The notes below the pieces were generated by a model. That model did no database searches. It was not told the origin of the DNA and saw nothing but the letters and a program-made list of their open reading frames with translations. A stretch of 56,264 nucleotides of DNA from a virus (taxonomy: Duplodnaviria; Caudoviricetes). The stretch covers positions 1 to 56,264 of IMG/VR virus record IMGVR_UViG_3300047455_000186; one strand, written 5' to 3'. Positions 18,509 through 29,585 of the stretch are shown here, piece after piece; the stretch's first letter is position 1, and each line of letters begins with the position of its first letter. A program made the translations under genes and the position numbers.

Positions 18509-19711
18509 ATGTTAGAAAACCAAGAAGAGGTTCTTGACTCCCAAGAAGAAGTCCAAGAGCAGCCTGCTGCTGAAAATAAAGCACCAGAGCAAAATGCAGA
18601 TTCACCTGTATCCCAGGATGATGAAGGCACAATAAAAGTAGATTTTACTAAACTCAATAAAGAAGAAGATGCCGTTCAAGAGCAAAGCGCAGATGACAGC
18701 GATGCTGTTGTCGGAGAACCCCAAGACAGTAGCAACAGCGAAGAAGTGGTTGAAGAATTACGGGAGCCCGAACAAGAAGAATCAACTGTTCTCGAAGAAG
18801 TAACTGAAGAAGAAGTTGTTGAACAAGTAGAGGAGCTCACTGAGCAAGTTGAACAAGCTATAGTCCAAGCCGACGCTGGCGTTGATTTGCCAGAAAATAT
18901 TCAAAAAGTTGTTGACTTTATGAATGACACGGGTGGAAGTTTAGAAGACTATGTAAAGCTTAATACCGATTATTCTGCATTAAACGAAGCGCAGCTTATT
19001 AAAGAATATTATGAAACCACTAAACCTCACTTAGACAAAGAAGACATAGAGCTTCTTATGGAAGACTTTTCATATGACGAAGAGTTAGATGAACCAAAAG
19101 AAATACGTAAAGCTAAAATTGCTTTTAAAGAAGAAGCTGCTAAAGCAAAGCAACATCTTGAAAAACTTAAAAACAATTATTACGAAGAAATTAAAGCTGG
19201 GTCAAAATTAAATCCAGAACAACAAAAAGCCGTTGACTTTTTTAATAGGTACAATAAAGAACAAGAAACCGTTAAAAAGGAAAACGAACAACAAGCAAAA
19301 ATATTTTTACAGCAAACTGATACTGTTTTTAGTGAGAATTTCAAAGGTTTTGATTATTCTGTTGGAGACAAAAGGTATAGGTTTAAAGTTAAAGATACCA
19401 CAGAGGTTAAAGACACCCAAAGCGACATCAATAATTTCGTCAAGAAGTTCTTGAACGACAAAAATGAAATGATAGACGCTAAGGGGTATCACAAATCTCT
19501 ATTTACAGCAATGAATGCTGATGCTATTGCTAATCACTTTTACGAACAAGGTAAAGCTGATGCAATGAAAAGCAGTATTGAAAAATCTAAAAACGTAGAC
19601 ATGGATCCGAGAGGGACTCATGAAAAGGTAACTACGGCAAATGGTTGGCAAATACGCGCAGTTCCAAACAATAGTGTTAGTGGTTCAAAGTTGAAAATTA
19701 AAAAAAGATAA
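18509..19711 (+). CDS. Capsid scaffolding protein
   Basis: Very acidic, low-complexity N-terminus and helical C-terminus; lies between portal and capsid genes. Confidence 0.7.
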   Translation: MLENQEEVLDSQEEVQEQPAAENKAPEQNADSPVSQDDEGTIKVDFTKLNKEEDAVQEQSADDSDAVVGEPQDSSNSEEVVEELREPEQEESTVLEEVTEEEVVEQVEELTEQVEQAIVQADAGVDLPENIQKVVDFMNDTGGSLEDYVKLNTDYSALNEAQLIKEYYETTKPHLDKEDIELLMEDFSYDEELDEPKEIRKAKIAFKEEAAKAKQHLEKLKNNYYEEIKAGSKLNPEQQKAVDFFNRYNKEQETVKKENEQQAKIFLQQTDTVFSENFKGFDYSVGDKRYRFKVKDTTEVKDTQSDINNFVKKFLNDKNEMIDAKGYHKSLFTAMNADAIANHFYEQGKADAMKSSIEKSKNVDMDPRGTHEKVTTANGWQIRAVPNNSVSGSKLKIKKR

Positions 19712-19733
19712 TTAACCATTAAAAAATAATAAA

Positions 19734-21170
19734 ATGGCATTTGCAACTACGCCAACCACGTTGGCAAACTTAAGTCACTTAACCCCACGCCCTATTAAAG
19801 GGTTGTTTGGTGACAACTATCTTTCTGTAGGAGAGATGGATTTTACACAACAATTTCTACCTGAAGTATACGAAAAAGAAGTAGAGAGATACGGTAATCG
19901 TACTATCTCTGGATTTTTACGTATGGTTGGGGCAGAAATGCCTATGGCTTCTGACCAAGTAGTATGGTCTGAGCAAGGGCGTTTACACATCGCTTATGAT
20001 GACGTAGAAGTAGTAGACACAACTAATTTAACTTTCCCAGCTGGTCACTTGATTGGTCCAGGAATGACAATCGTTGTATCTAAAGGATTTACAACTCAAA
20101 AAGCATATGTGAAGGCTGTAACAGGGCAGAATGTAGAAGTAGACACTTACGGTGAAGTATCAGGTATTACAGTTACCGGTACTGATGTAAAAGTATTTGT
20201 TTACGGTTCTGAGTATTCTAAAGGAACTTCACAAGCTGGTAATTCAGTTGACGCTTCTTTCACAACTTTCAACAACAAGCCAATTATTCTTAGAGATAAG
20301 TATAATGTGAATGGTTCTGATGTTGCTCAAATTGGTTGGGTAGAAGTAACTACTGAAGCTGGAACTTCTGGATACCTATGGTACTTAAAGTCTGAGCACG
20401 AAGCTCGTATCCGTTTCGAAGATCAACTTGAAATGGCTATGGTTGAGGCAGAGAAATCATTAAATATCGATGGGACTACAAGAGATATCGCGCAAGCTGC
20501 TGGATTCGGTGGCGGTGGTACAATAACTGGTTCTGACGGTTTATTTTCTGTACTTGAAACTCGTGGTCTTGTATACAATGATGCTAATTTTGGAGAGGTT
20601 CCACCAGCAGGTGGTGGTGCACCAAGCCCAGGTTTAGCTGAATTTGACACTATATTAGCTGAGCTTGACAAGCAGGGAGCAATTGAAGAAAACATGCTTT
20701 TCTTAGACCGAGCTACTTCTTTATCAATTGATAATATGCTTGCACAGCAAAATACTTATGGAGCTGGCGGTACATCTTACGGTGTATTTGACAACTCTGC
20801 AGATATGGCATTAAACTTAGGTTTCTCTGGATTCCGTAGAGGTTCTTATGACTTCTATAAAACTGACTGGAAATATCTAAACGATTCTACTACTCGTGGA
20901 TTAGTTGCTGATGTGGATGGCGTTTTGGTACCAGCTGGAACTTCAACAGTTTATGATCAACAATTAGGGAAAAATATCTCACGACCATTCCTACACATCC
21001 GCTACAGAGCTTCTGAAGCTGATGACCGTAGATTAAAGTCTTGGGTAACTGGTTCAGTTGGTGGTAACTTCACAAGCGACGCGGATGAAATGAATGTTCA
21101 TTTCTTATCTGAAAGAGCGCTATGTGTACAAGCTGCTAATAACTTCGTATTGTTGAAATCAACAGTCTAG
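19734..21170 (+). CDS. Major capsid protein
   Basis: 478 aa after the scaffold gene, followed by a strong terminator; 'WSEQGRLH' and 'GFRRGSYDFYK' segments; biased codon usage. Confidence 0.85.
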   Translation: MAFATTPTTLANLSHLTPRPIKGLFGDNYLSVGEMDFTQQFLPEVYEKEVERYGNRTISGFLRMVGAEMPMASDQVVWSEQGRLHIAYDDVEVVDTTNLTFPAGHLIGPGMTIVVSKGFTTQKAYVKAVTGQNVEVDTYGEVSGITVTGTDVKVFVYGSEYSKGTSQAGNSVDASFTTFNNKPIILRDKYNVNGSDVAQIGWVEVTTEAGTSGYLWYLKSEHEARIRFEDQLEMAMVEAEKSLNIDGTTRDIAQAAGFGGGGTITGSDGLFSVLETRGLVYNDANFGEVPPAGGGAPSPGLAEFDTILAELDKQGAIEENMLFLDRATSLSIDNMLAQQNTYGAGGTSYGVFDNSADMALNLGFSGFRRGSYDFYKTDWKYLNDSTTRGLVADVDGVLVPAGTSTVYDQQLGKNISRPFLHIRYRASEADDRRLKSWVTGSVGGNFTSDADEMNVHFLSERALCVQAANNFVLLKSTV

Positions 21171-21182
21171 TATTACTTTAAT

Positions 21183-21230
21183 GTAGTAATTACCCTCGTT
21201 GAATCTACGGGGGTAGTTATTACTTTTATT
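21183..21230 (+). terminator. Rho-independent terminator after the capsid gene
   Basis: 17-bp stem GTAGTAATTACCCTCGT / ACGGGGGTAGTTATTAC (with G-U pairs) followed by a T-rich run. Confidence 0.8.
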
Positions 21231-21252
21231 AACATTTTTATTATATTATATT

Positions 21253-22074
21253 ATGGCTAAGAAAGCTAAAGCAGAAGAAACAATTGAGGTTGCACCTCAG
21301 CCAGTTGTTGCAAAAAAAGCAGTAACTCAACCAACTGAACCTAGTTGGGAAATTAAAGATAGATTATACACGTTAAAAAGCAATAAGCGACCTTTAGTAT
21401 TTACAATACCTTCACGGCATACGGCTAAGCGACCATTACTTTGGTTTGACAAAGAACAAGGGTATCAAAGAGAGCTAAAATACGCTACCAATCAAAGGTC
21501 TCCATTTGTTGATGAACAAAAAGGGGTATCTACACTTGGCAGAATTGTAATGAGAGACGGTGCGCTGCGTGTACCAAAAGAAAACCAAGTTTTACAAAAA
21601 TTACTTTCTTTATATCATCCATTTAGAGATGAGGTTTACGAAGAATACAAACCCGTACAACAAGCGGCTAGTCAGTTAGATTGGATTGAAGCAGAAATAG
21701 CGGCTTTAAACTTAGCTAAATCACTTAGCATTGATGAGCTAGAAGCTGTATTAAGAGTTGAGTTTGGCAATAAAGTAAACGAGCTGTCTAGCAGCGAATT
21801 AAAAAGAGATGGATTAATTTTTGCTAAAAGAAAGCCATTGTTATTTACAGAGCTAGCGCAAGACGATAATGTGCAGCTAAGAAACTTTGGTATTAAAGCG
21901 GTTGAAGCTAGGATTATTCAGCTGTCCGCAGATCAAAGAACATTTACATATGGCGATGCCAAAAGAAAACTTTTAACTATACCATTTGATGAAAACCCAT
22001 ACTCGGCATTAGCCGCTTGGTTTAAGACAGATGATGGTGTTGAAGTTTACAAGGCAATTGAAAAACGACTTTAA
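21253..22074 (+). CDS. Hypothetical head-module protein
   Basis: 273 aa immediately downstream of the capsid gene. Confidence 0.6.
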   Translation: MAKKAKAEETIEVAPQPVVAKKAVTQPTEPSWEIKDRLYTLKSNKRPLVFTIPSRHTAKRPLLWFDKEQGYQRELKYATNQRSPFVDEQKGVSTLGRIVMRDGALRVPKENQVLQKLLSLYHPFRDEVYEEYKPVQQAASQLDWIEAEIAALNLAKSLSIDELEAVLRVEFGNKVNELSSSELKRDGLIFAKRKPLLFTELAQDDNVQLRNFGIKAVEARIIQLSADQRTFTYGDAKRKLLTIPFDENPYSALAAWFKTDDGVEVYKAIEKRL

Positions 22075-22083
22075 TAGTCACTC

Positions 22084-22122
22084 ATAGTGGTTAGGCCATC
22101 TTTGAGGTGGCTTAATTACTAT
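22084..22122 (+). terminator. Intergenic hairpin (terminator or RNA processing site)
   Basis: ATAGTGGTTAGGCCATC-TTTGA-GGTGGCTTAATTACTAT; long stem with G-U pairs on the + strand, no U-tract. Confidence 0.55.
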
Positions 22123-22134
22123 AAATAATAAAAT

Positions 22135-22893
22135 ATGGCTGTAAGCATAGATACTGTTTATCAAAGGGTATTATCAATACTTAATAAAGAACAACGAGGG
22201 TATGTTACGCCTCAGGAATTTAATTTATTTGCAAATCAAGCACAATTAGATTTATTCGAACAATACTTTTACGATATAAATCAATTTGGTAGATTACCAG
22301 GTAATGACACTGAGTATTCAGACATGTTGAAATTACTTGATGAAAAAATAGCTATATTCGAAACACGTGACAATCTTGTGTATTCAATAGCGGATAATTC
22401 ATTTACTCTCCCGCAAGATATGTACCGTCTTGGTACTGTGATATACAAAAACTCTACAACAAAACTAATATTAGATCCAGCTTTAGGGCCAGAAACACCT
22501 CAAACAACGATAGAGGAGGTTACTGTAGAAAGGATTAATGCAAACGAGTTTTTATATATAAACTCTTCTCCACTTACAAAACCTAAAAACGTTAGACCTA
22601 TATATGTAGCCGACAACAAAGGACTCAAAGTATATGGAGATCAAGAAATACAATTGGATGTAGATCTAACTTATATAAAGCAACCCGCTAAGGTTGAATG
22701 GAAATACCAAATGGTATTAGGTGAAGCATTATATGATTCAACCTACTCTGTGGATTTCGAGTTGCATGCTTCTGAAGAAACTGAATTGGTTATAAAAATA
22801 CTTGAGCTAGCAAGTTTGGCATCAAAGGAATTAGCTGTTACTCAAATAGCTACACAAGAAGAGGTTAGAAATACACAACAAGAAAAATCATAA
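22135..22893 (+). CDS. Tail adaptor / ring protein
   Basis: 'LNKEQRGYVTPQEFNLFANQAQ...YIKQP' pattern, size and position of podovirus tail tubular proteins. Confidence 0.65.
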   Translation: MAVSIDTVYQRVLSILNKEQRGYVTPQEFNLFANQAQLDLFEQYFYDINQFGRLPGNDTEYSDMLKLLDEKIAIFETRDNLVYSIADNSFTLPQDMYRLGTVIYKNSTTKLILDPALGPETPQTTIEEVTVERINANEFLYINSSPLTKPKNVRPIYVADNKGLKVYGDQEIQLDVDLTYIKQPAKVEWKYQMVLGEALYDSTYSVDFELHASEETELVIKILELASLASKELAVTQIATQEEVRNTQQEKS

Positions 22894-22896
22894 TAA

Positions 22897-23802
22897 ATGG
22901 GATTACTTACTCAAAACAACGAACAATATTACCTCGGCGCAGATGGCCAGTGGAACAGCTGGGATGAGAATTATGGGGATTACCAATTTACTACGATAAA
23001 AGATGTTATTAACAACTTTATAATTTCTTATGTTGGCGAAGGTAAAATAATTAGCAAAATAAAAAGAACCGATGTTTTGTTTCACGCGATGCGGGGAATA
23101 CAGGAATTTAACTTTGACATCTTACCTTCTAACAAGGCTGTTGAAATAGAAGTTGGACCACAACTATACTTTGTCTTACCGCAGGATTATGTAAATTACG
23201 TAAAATTAACCTGGAATGACAACGGGGTTGAGCGCATTATATATCCCACATCTAAAACAAGTAACCCTTTACCAATACTTCAAGATCACAATTACGAATA
23301 TTTATTTGATCAGCAAAACAGAGAAATTCTGGAATCTCAAGAGTCTAACACATGGCATGATTTTAGGCAGCGCGGTAATGGCGCTGGTAATGACCTAAGC
23401 GAGCGCGAATTAGATTTAATTAAAAGAGGTAACATTGGGCAAAGATACGGCTTAGACCCGCAATATATGCAATCTAATGGCGTGTTTTTTATAGACCCAA
23501 TACAAGGGTTGATTAGATTTAGCTCAGATATGTGCAACCGCATAGTTACTTTAAAATATGTTTCCGATGGATTAGCTACGGATGAAGAAATGGTAATTCA
23601 TAAGTTAGCGGAAGAAGCTTTATATAAGTATATTGCTTACGCTATTTTATCCGTTAGGCCAAACATACCAGAATATGTTGTGCAAAGATTTAAAAAAGAA
23701 TCTTCAGCAGCTAAAAGAAACGCTAAATTAAGATTATCAAATATAAAATTAGAAGAGATTACTCAAATAATGAGAGGTAAATCTAAGCAAATAAAACATT
23801 AA
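22897..23802 (+). CDS. Second tail ring / tubular protein
   Basis: 'LPQDYVNYVK...LKYVSDG...EALYKYI'; shares an LPQD motif with the preceding ring protein. Confidence 0.65.
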   Translation: MGLLTQNNEQYYLGADGQWNSWDENYGDYQFTTIKDVINNFIISYVGEGKIISKIKRTDVLFHAMRGIQEFNFDILPSNKAVEIEVGPQLYFVLPQDYVNYVKLTWNDNGVERIIYPTSKTSNPLPILQDHNYEYLFDQQNREILESQESNTWHDFRQRGNGAGNDLSERELDLIKRGNIGQRYGLDPQYMQSNGVFFIDPIQGLIRFSSDMCNRIVTLKYVSDGLATDEEMVIHKLAEEALYKYIAYAILSVRPNIPEYVVQRFKKESSAAKRNAKLRLSNIKLEEITQIMRGKSKQIKH

Positions 23803-23803
23803 T

Positions 23804-26800
23804 ATGGCAGAATTCTTGCACACCTTTCGTGGCGGTAAAATGAACAAAGACCAAGACGAAAGATTAATACCAGAAGGCCAGTATAGAGATGCTTTAAATT
23901 TAGAGATATCCACATCTGAAGGATCGGATACGGGTGCTTTACAAAATATAAAAGGTAATACTGAGGTTTTAAATAAATTATATAATCCAACCACGAATTC
24001 TTTTATAGAATGGGGAAGTGATTATATTAATAGTTTAACTAACGCCATATGTATAGGTAGCTTTGTAGACACGTTGACTAATAAAATATATTGGTTTATA
24101 TCCTCTAATGAAGTTAGTGTTATTGCGCAATTTTCAGATTCAGATAAAATCGTTTCGCCACTCTTAGTTGAAGACAAAACAATATCAAACTTTTTAAACT
24201 TTAGAAAAGAAAACTTAATAACAGGTGTAAGTGTTATAGATAATGTTTTATATTGGACAGACGATCAGACTGAGCCTAAAAGGTTAAACATTGATGACTT
24301 TCAAAATTCTACACCAAACTTTACAACTCATTCTAAAATATATACCAGAGACTTCGTAGAAGAAGATATTGCTGTAATAAAAAAATCCCCATTAACCTCC
24401 CCTAATATAGCAATGTTTGCCAGCGTTATTGGCGGCCCGGGTACAGGTATAACTCCTGTAACTTCTGAATACACTGTAACAGATCAAGAAAACTTTACAT
24501 TTATACCAGCTAACGCTGATCCAGAAGACTACATTTCTATGCCCACTTATGCCGAGGCGCAAGAAAATCCGGCTAATTATCCCGCTGGGATTACAGGGCA
24601 AGTAACTATAACTACCAGCGCCGCCCCAACTTGGGCCGCGGGAAGTATAGTAAATTTAGTGGGTAGTCGCATAAACGACTCAAACGAAATAAACGAGTTT
24701 GGCATTAGAGCGGAAGTTGTATCCGGGTCAGGAACCACTTCTATTACTATAAATATTTTATCCATATCTCAAGATATAATTAAAGCCTATGATGATCTTG
24801 GTAATATAGAGCCAATTGTTTGGGAAATTCTATTAGAGGAAGACATGCCTATGTTTGAGTTTAGGTTTGTACGTTTTGCATATAGATGGAAATATAAAGA
24901 TAATCAGTATTCTACTTTTTCACCTTGGACAGAGCCAGCGTTTTTAGGTAATGAATTTAAATATGTATCGTCTGATGCTTACAATATTGGTATGACCAAT
25001 AATATAAGAAAGCTAGATATATTAGATTTAACGTGGGGTAACGACGACGTCAAAGAAATTGAGATTTTATATAAAGAGTCTATATCTAATGCTGTTTATC
25101 TGGTCGATACAATTGACGATAAATCAATAACTTCTTTTAGTATAAAATCTGAAATTATTGGCGCGGTCATTGATTCTAATCAAATAATAAGACCATGGGA
25201 CAACGTGCCTCGTAAAGCTAAGGCGCTAGAGATAACGAAGAATAGAATAGTATACGGTAACTATTTGCAAAGCTACAATGTGCCCGCTGTAATAGATATC
25301 AGTGTAGACAAGCAAGCGCTAACGCATCCCAGCGCTAATGACGAGGATTTGTTAAGAATGCCTTACGATTCTATAAAGTCACTAAGAACGTACCAAGCCG
25401 GCCTTTTGTATCTAGATGAGTACGGCAGAGAAACACCTGTGTTTACAAATAATAACGCGTCTATAGCGATACCTAAGTCAGATGCCTCATCCGTAGTTAG
25501 CTTGAAATTTCTAGCTAATCACGCACCTCCTTCGTGGGCAACTCATTTTAAATATTTTATAAAAGAAACATCAAACGAATATTACAATTTAGCACTAGAT
25601 CGCTATTACGATGCTGAAGACGGTAATGTTTGGTTAAGCTTTCCTTCTTCGGAAAGAAATAAAATAACAGAAGAATCTTACCTAGTATTAAAAAAACAGC
25701 ACGACACAGATGTATATGTTGCAGAAGAAGCAAGGTATAAGGTTTTAGCTATAGAGCCTGAAGCTCCGGATTTTATTGCAACATTTAATAGATCTGTAGC
25801 TTTTGCCAGAGTGCAAATTGAGACGGGGTTTGAACCAGATTTTATTAGGCTAGAATTTAATGGGCCATCGGGTGTAAACAACCTCCCGTTCCAAGAAGCC
25901 TTTACATCAGAGCATTTGCTTGTAATAAGATTTGGCGGATCAAGAACAGCAGAATACAGAATAGCAAGTGGAGGCCCAACCGGGGCAGGCAGTCTTTACG
26001 AAGTTTTAATAGACGAACCACTAGGAGAAGATGCGAACTTTTTAAGTAATTTAGCGCAGGGCGCAACGGTTTCAATAAATGTTTTTAAAGAAGTTAAGGA
26101 AAACAAACCAGAATTTGAAGGTAGATTTTTTGTAAAAATCAATAAAGATTTTGCGTTTCAGGAAAATATAATTAAACCTTTTGACGCTATGCAAAAAGTG
26201 TACGGCGTTCTTGGCGAGCAGCGTATAAACGTATTTCTACAAAGCAGCAATACAGAAGGTAATGGAAATAGATTTGGGTGGAATTATCAAGATCCAGGAG
26301 AAGATGATGACCCCTGGTTTGAACTTTGTGGAGATGATTTTGCTAAGGAAAAAGTCATGGGCTTTGGAGCTTGGGGAGGCAATGGCTCCAACAAAAGTGA
26401 GAATACGAGAGAATGGTATAACCCACCAACAAACGGGGAATCATCGTTTGGATTTGGATGTGCTGGAGTTGGGGGTAGTGATTATTTAGGCCCTTTAGCT
26501 GGTGATATTGGCCAAAGCAACGGGCTATTGCAGCCGGGTGTTATGGTAAGATTTATAGACAGCAGAAACGGCGACAAAAGCAACGTGTATGGGGTTGAAG
26601 ATGTAGAGGCTTATAGATCAAGAAGAGGCAAGAAGATTAACGTTGGAATATTTAATTGCAAACCAGATCCTGACGATGGTAACCACATGTATACTTTAGC
26701 TGTCAAGCTAGAAGAGCCACTCGGTCCTAATGGAAATATAGACTTCTTTGCAAAATTTCAGGGAGATAGAAATTCATTAGATAAAGATAGAGGCGGTTCT

Positions 26801-29584
26801 CTCCCTCACGTACAAGTTCTAGAAGAGGTTATTGGAGCGGGCAACAGAACTTTAACATCAACCAACCCGGCTATTTTTGAAACAGAGCCTAGAGAGGCAG
26901 TCGATTTAGATTTATATTATCAAGCCTCTGATGCGTTCCCAATAAATGAGCATGGAGTAGAGAAGACTTTGGATTGGCATAACTGTTATTCTTACGGTAA
27001 CGGAGTCGAGTCAAATCGCATAAGAGATGATTATAATCAACCTGTAATAGACAAAGGACCAATAGTTTCCGCTCCACTGGATGAGCCTTACGGAGAAGAA
27101 AGAAAGCCTAACGGTCTTATTTACTCGGGCATATATAACTCTAACTCTAACATAAATAATTTAAATCAATTTATACAAGGGTTACAAATAACCAAGGATC
27201 TTAATCCTATATACGGCGGCATTAAAAAATTACATACAAGAGATACTGATCTTGTTACTTTTTGTGAGGATAAAGTATTAAAAATACTAGCTAATAAAGA
27301 CGCGTTATTTAATGCTGATGGTAATACTAATCTTACTGGCACAAATAATGTACTGGGACAATCTGTTCCATTTGCCGGAGAGTTTGGTATATCAAATCAT
27401 CCAGAGTCTTTTGCTAAGTTTGGATATAGAGTTTACTTTACGGATCAAGCCAGGGGCGCTGTTTTAAGGTTATCAAGAGATGGTATAGAGGAAGTTTCTA
27501 GATATGGAATGGGCGATTTCTTTAGTGACAACCTAATAACTAATAATAAATTAATAGGTTCTTACGATGTTACCTCAGGCGAGTACAACTTAACCCTCTC
27601 TAATTTAACCACAGAGTGGCAAGATAAATTATCTGTAAAGGTTTTTGACAGATTAAACCAAGATCCAGATTGCCCAACTCCTACTCAAAAGTTACCGACT
27701 ACTAAAACTACAATATCTTTCGCTGAAAACATAAATGGCTGGTCTAGTAGAAAAAGTTTTATACCTGAAAGCGGTGCTTATTTAAATGATAATTATTATA
27801 CATTTAAATCAGGAGCTATTTGGCAACATAAAAGTAATGAAAATTATAATAGTTTCTACGGTATTGGCCCGCAAAGCAAAAACGGCAAATACTACGAAAG
27901 CTCTGTTGATTTAATAATAAACGACGCTTCCCCTGTAGTTAAAGGTTTTAAAACATTAAACTACACCGGTACTGAGTCTTTAGAATACGTTTATTCTGTC
28001 GTCGATGGAGCAAATGACCTAAAAGAATTCTCTATAGCTGAAATTGTAGCACAAGGGTTAATACCAACTGGAGTTACAACTACTCCAGGATGGTATGCTA
28101 ATTCAGTGTATACTGATTTACAAGAAGGGCAAGTTAAAGAATTTATAACAAAAGAAGGTAAGCACTTTAATTACATAAAAGGGTTATCAACGTTTTTCAA
28201 CGACAACTGTGATACAAATGTTAGCTCACCTGAGTTTTCTGTGCAAGGTATAGGGAGAGCGGATCAGCTGACTGGTGACACAGAGCCTACTGCTTTTTAT
28301 ATAAATGTATGCATAGATCCTACATGTTATGTTGAAGAAGAGCTGCCTAATGTTGTAGATCAATTTTACGAAGGCACAGAAGATATCCCTTTAAACATAC
28401 AGTTGCAAGGGCCTACTAATTGTTCACAAAGCGTTACATATAGCTTAGTATTGGACTCTACCTCTGGAGGTAATTTAACATTAAACTCAAATGGCTCTTT
28501 TATATTTAACCCTGATTTAAATTTCTTTGGATACGCAGGAACGTTTGTTGTTGAGGCATGTTGTGGCACTATATGTAATAATTTTACAGTAACTTTAGAA
28601 TTTATTGAAGTGCCTGAGTCGCCTTATTTTGTAAGCACAGCTCCTTCTCCAAATTTATTACCAGGAGATTGCTTTACATATAATCCTATAATATTAGCAG
28701 ACCCAGATCATGAACCACCAGTTTTATTTATTCAAAGACCTGTTCCTAATTTACCAGCATGGATGGCACAGCCTGAACCGCTAAATGATGGTACGGGTAA
28801 TTGGTATATACCAGATAGTTGTGTGCCAGAAGGGCAGCAACCAGGGGTTATAGATTTTACTATGACAGTAGAAGACCCCGACGGAAACACAGGTACGCAA
28901 CAAGTTGTGGGTGATACCCTCGCGGCTGCTGTAGCTAATTTAGAGTTTTTAATAACAACAAGGTTAGCTCAAACAAGTAGAACTTGGGTTGATCCAAACG
29001 CAATTGATCCCGTTCCTGTTCCAATGGCTGCCGTAGCTGGCAGTAATCACGGATGTGGCAGAGGTACCTATATGTTAACCGGTAATGGCGTGACATTTGC
29101 TAGGGTTTATGTTGGTAATACATTTAATGACTTAACACCTCAAGGGGACCATTGTTTTGATTCATTTACTACAGACTCTAATGGCAATCCGAATAGCCCA
29201 ACTGGAGATGTATTATGGACTGGTACAATACCCTCTGCTGTTGCGCAAGGTATTACAGATACTGATTTAAGGCACCAACCACCATTTCAAAAATATATTA
29301 CCGCAAATGACACGTTTGACGACACCAGAGACAGATACAATTTAGTAACTATAGATATTGAAACAGCGCAGCAAATAATAGCTAACTCTCCTGATCCTAA
29401 TAATCCAAGCTATATTGTTTTCGGATTAGTCCCAGATACTTATGTTGCAAACGGGGTGTTAAACACACACGGAGACGGCGTTACAATGCAAATATTTAAA
29501 GAAGAACAAGAAGTTTATTCCGCTGTGCAACCAAATAACTCTGCACTTACATTGGATGTTTTAACTGGAGATATAATACCTTAA
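23804..29584 (+). CDS. Tail nozzle / stabilization protein with C-terminal Ig-like extension
   Basis: N-terminal 'F.GGKMNKD.DERL.P.GQYRDALN', beta-propeller-type 'YWTD', 'FAYRWKY' and 'YFTD..RGAVLRL'; cadherin-like repeats near 28350-28900. Confidence 0.75.
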   Translation: MAEFLHTFRGGKMNKDQDERLIPEGQYRDALNLEISTSEGSDTGALQNIKGNTEVLNKLYNPTTNSFIEWGSDYINSLTNAICIGSFVDTLTNKIYWFISSNEVSVIAQFSDSDKIVSPLLVEDKTISNFLNFRKENLITGVSVIDNVLYWTDDQTEPKRLNIDDFQNSTPNFTTHSKIYTRDFVEEDIAVIKKSPLTSPNIAMFASVIGGPGTGITPVTSEYTVTDQENFTFIPANADPEDYISMPTYAEAQENPANYPAGITGQVTITTSAAPTWAAGSIVNLVGSRINDSNEINEFGIRAEVVSGSGTTSITINILSISQDIIKAYDDLGNIEPIVWEILLEEDMPMFEFRFVRFAYRWKYKDNQYSTFSPWTEPAFLGNEFKYVSSDAYNIGMTNNIRKLDILDLTWGNDDVKEIEILYKESISNAVYLVDTIDDKSITSFSIKSEIIGAVIDSNQIIRPWDNVPRKAKALEITKNRIVYGNYLQSYNVPAVIDISVDKQALTHPSANDEDLLRMPYDSIKSLRTYQAGLLYLDEYGRETPVFTNNNASIAIPKSDASSVVSLKFLANHAPPSWATHFKYFIKETSNEYYNLALDRYYDAEDGNVWLSFPSSERNKITEESYLVLKKQHDTDVYVAEEARYKVLAIEPEAPDFIATFNRSVAFARVQIETGFEPDFIRLEFNGPSGVNNLPFQEAFTSEHLLVIRFGGSRTAEYRIASGGPTGAGSLYEVLIDEPLGEDANFLSNLAQGATVSINVFKEVKENKPEFEGRFFVKINKDFAFQENIIKPFDAMQKVYGVLGEQRINVFLQSSNTEGNGNRFGWNYQDPGEDDDPWFELCGDDFAKEKVMGFGAWGGNGSNKSENTREWYNPPTNGESSFGFGCAGVGGSDYLGPLAGDIGQSNGLLQPGVMVRFIDSRNGDKSNVYGVEDVEAYRSRRGKKINVGIFNCKPDPDDGNHMYTLAVKLEEPLGPNGNIDFFAKFQGDRNSLDKDRGGSLPHVQVLEEVIGAGNRTLTSTNPAIFETEPREAVDLDLYYQASDAFPINEHGVEKTLDWHNCYSYGNGVESNRIRDDYNQPVIDKGPIVSAPLDEPYGEERKPNGLIYSGIYNSNSNINNLNQFIQGLQITKDLNPIYGGIKKLHTRDTDLVTFCEDKVLKILANKDALFNADGNTNLTGTNNVLGQSVPFAGEFGISNHPESFAKFGYRVYFTDQARGAVLRLSRDGIEEVSRYGMGDFFSDNLITNNKLIGSYDVTSGEYNLTLSNLTTEWQDKLSVKVFDRLNQDPDCPTPTQKLPTTKTTISFAENINGWSSRKSFIPESGAYLNDNYYTFKSGAIWQHKSNENYNSFYGIGPQSKNGKYYESSVDLIINDASPVVKGFKTLNYTGTESLEYVYSVVDGANDLKEFSIAEIVAQGLIPTGVTTTPGWYANSVYTDLQEGQVKEFITKEGKHFNYIKGLSTFFNDNCDTNVSSPEFSVQGIGRADQLTGDTEPTAFYINVCIDPTCYVEEELPNVVDQFYEGTEDIPLNIQLQGPTNCSQSVTYSLVLDSTSGGNLTLNSNGSFIFNPDLNFFGYAGTFVVEACCGTICNNFTVTLEFIEVPESPYFVSTAPSPNLLPGDCFTYNPIILADPDHEPPVLFIQRPVPNLPAWMAQPEPLNDGTGNWYIPDSCVPEGQQPGVIDFTMTVEDPDGNTGTQQVVGDTLAAAVANLEFLITTRLAQTSRTWVDPNAIDPVPVPMAAVAGSNHGCGRGTYMLTGNGVTFARVYVGNTFNDLTPQGDHCFDSFTTDSNGNPNSPTGDVLWTGTIPSAVAQGITDTDLRHQPPFQKYITANDTFDDTRDRYNLVTIDIETAQQIIANSPDPNNPSYIVFGLVPDTYVANGVLNTHGDGVTMQIFKEEQEVYSAVQPNNSALTLDVLTGDIIP

Positions 29585-29585
29585 T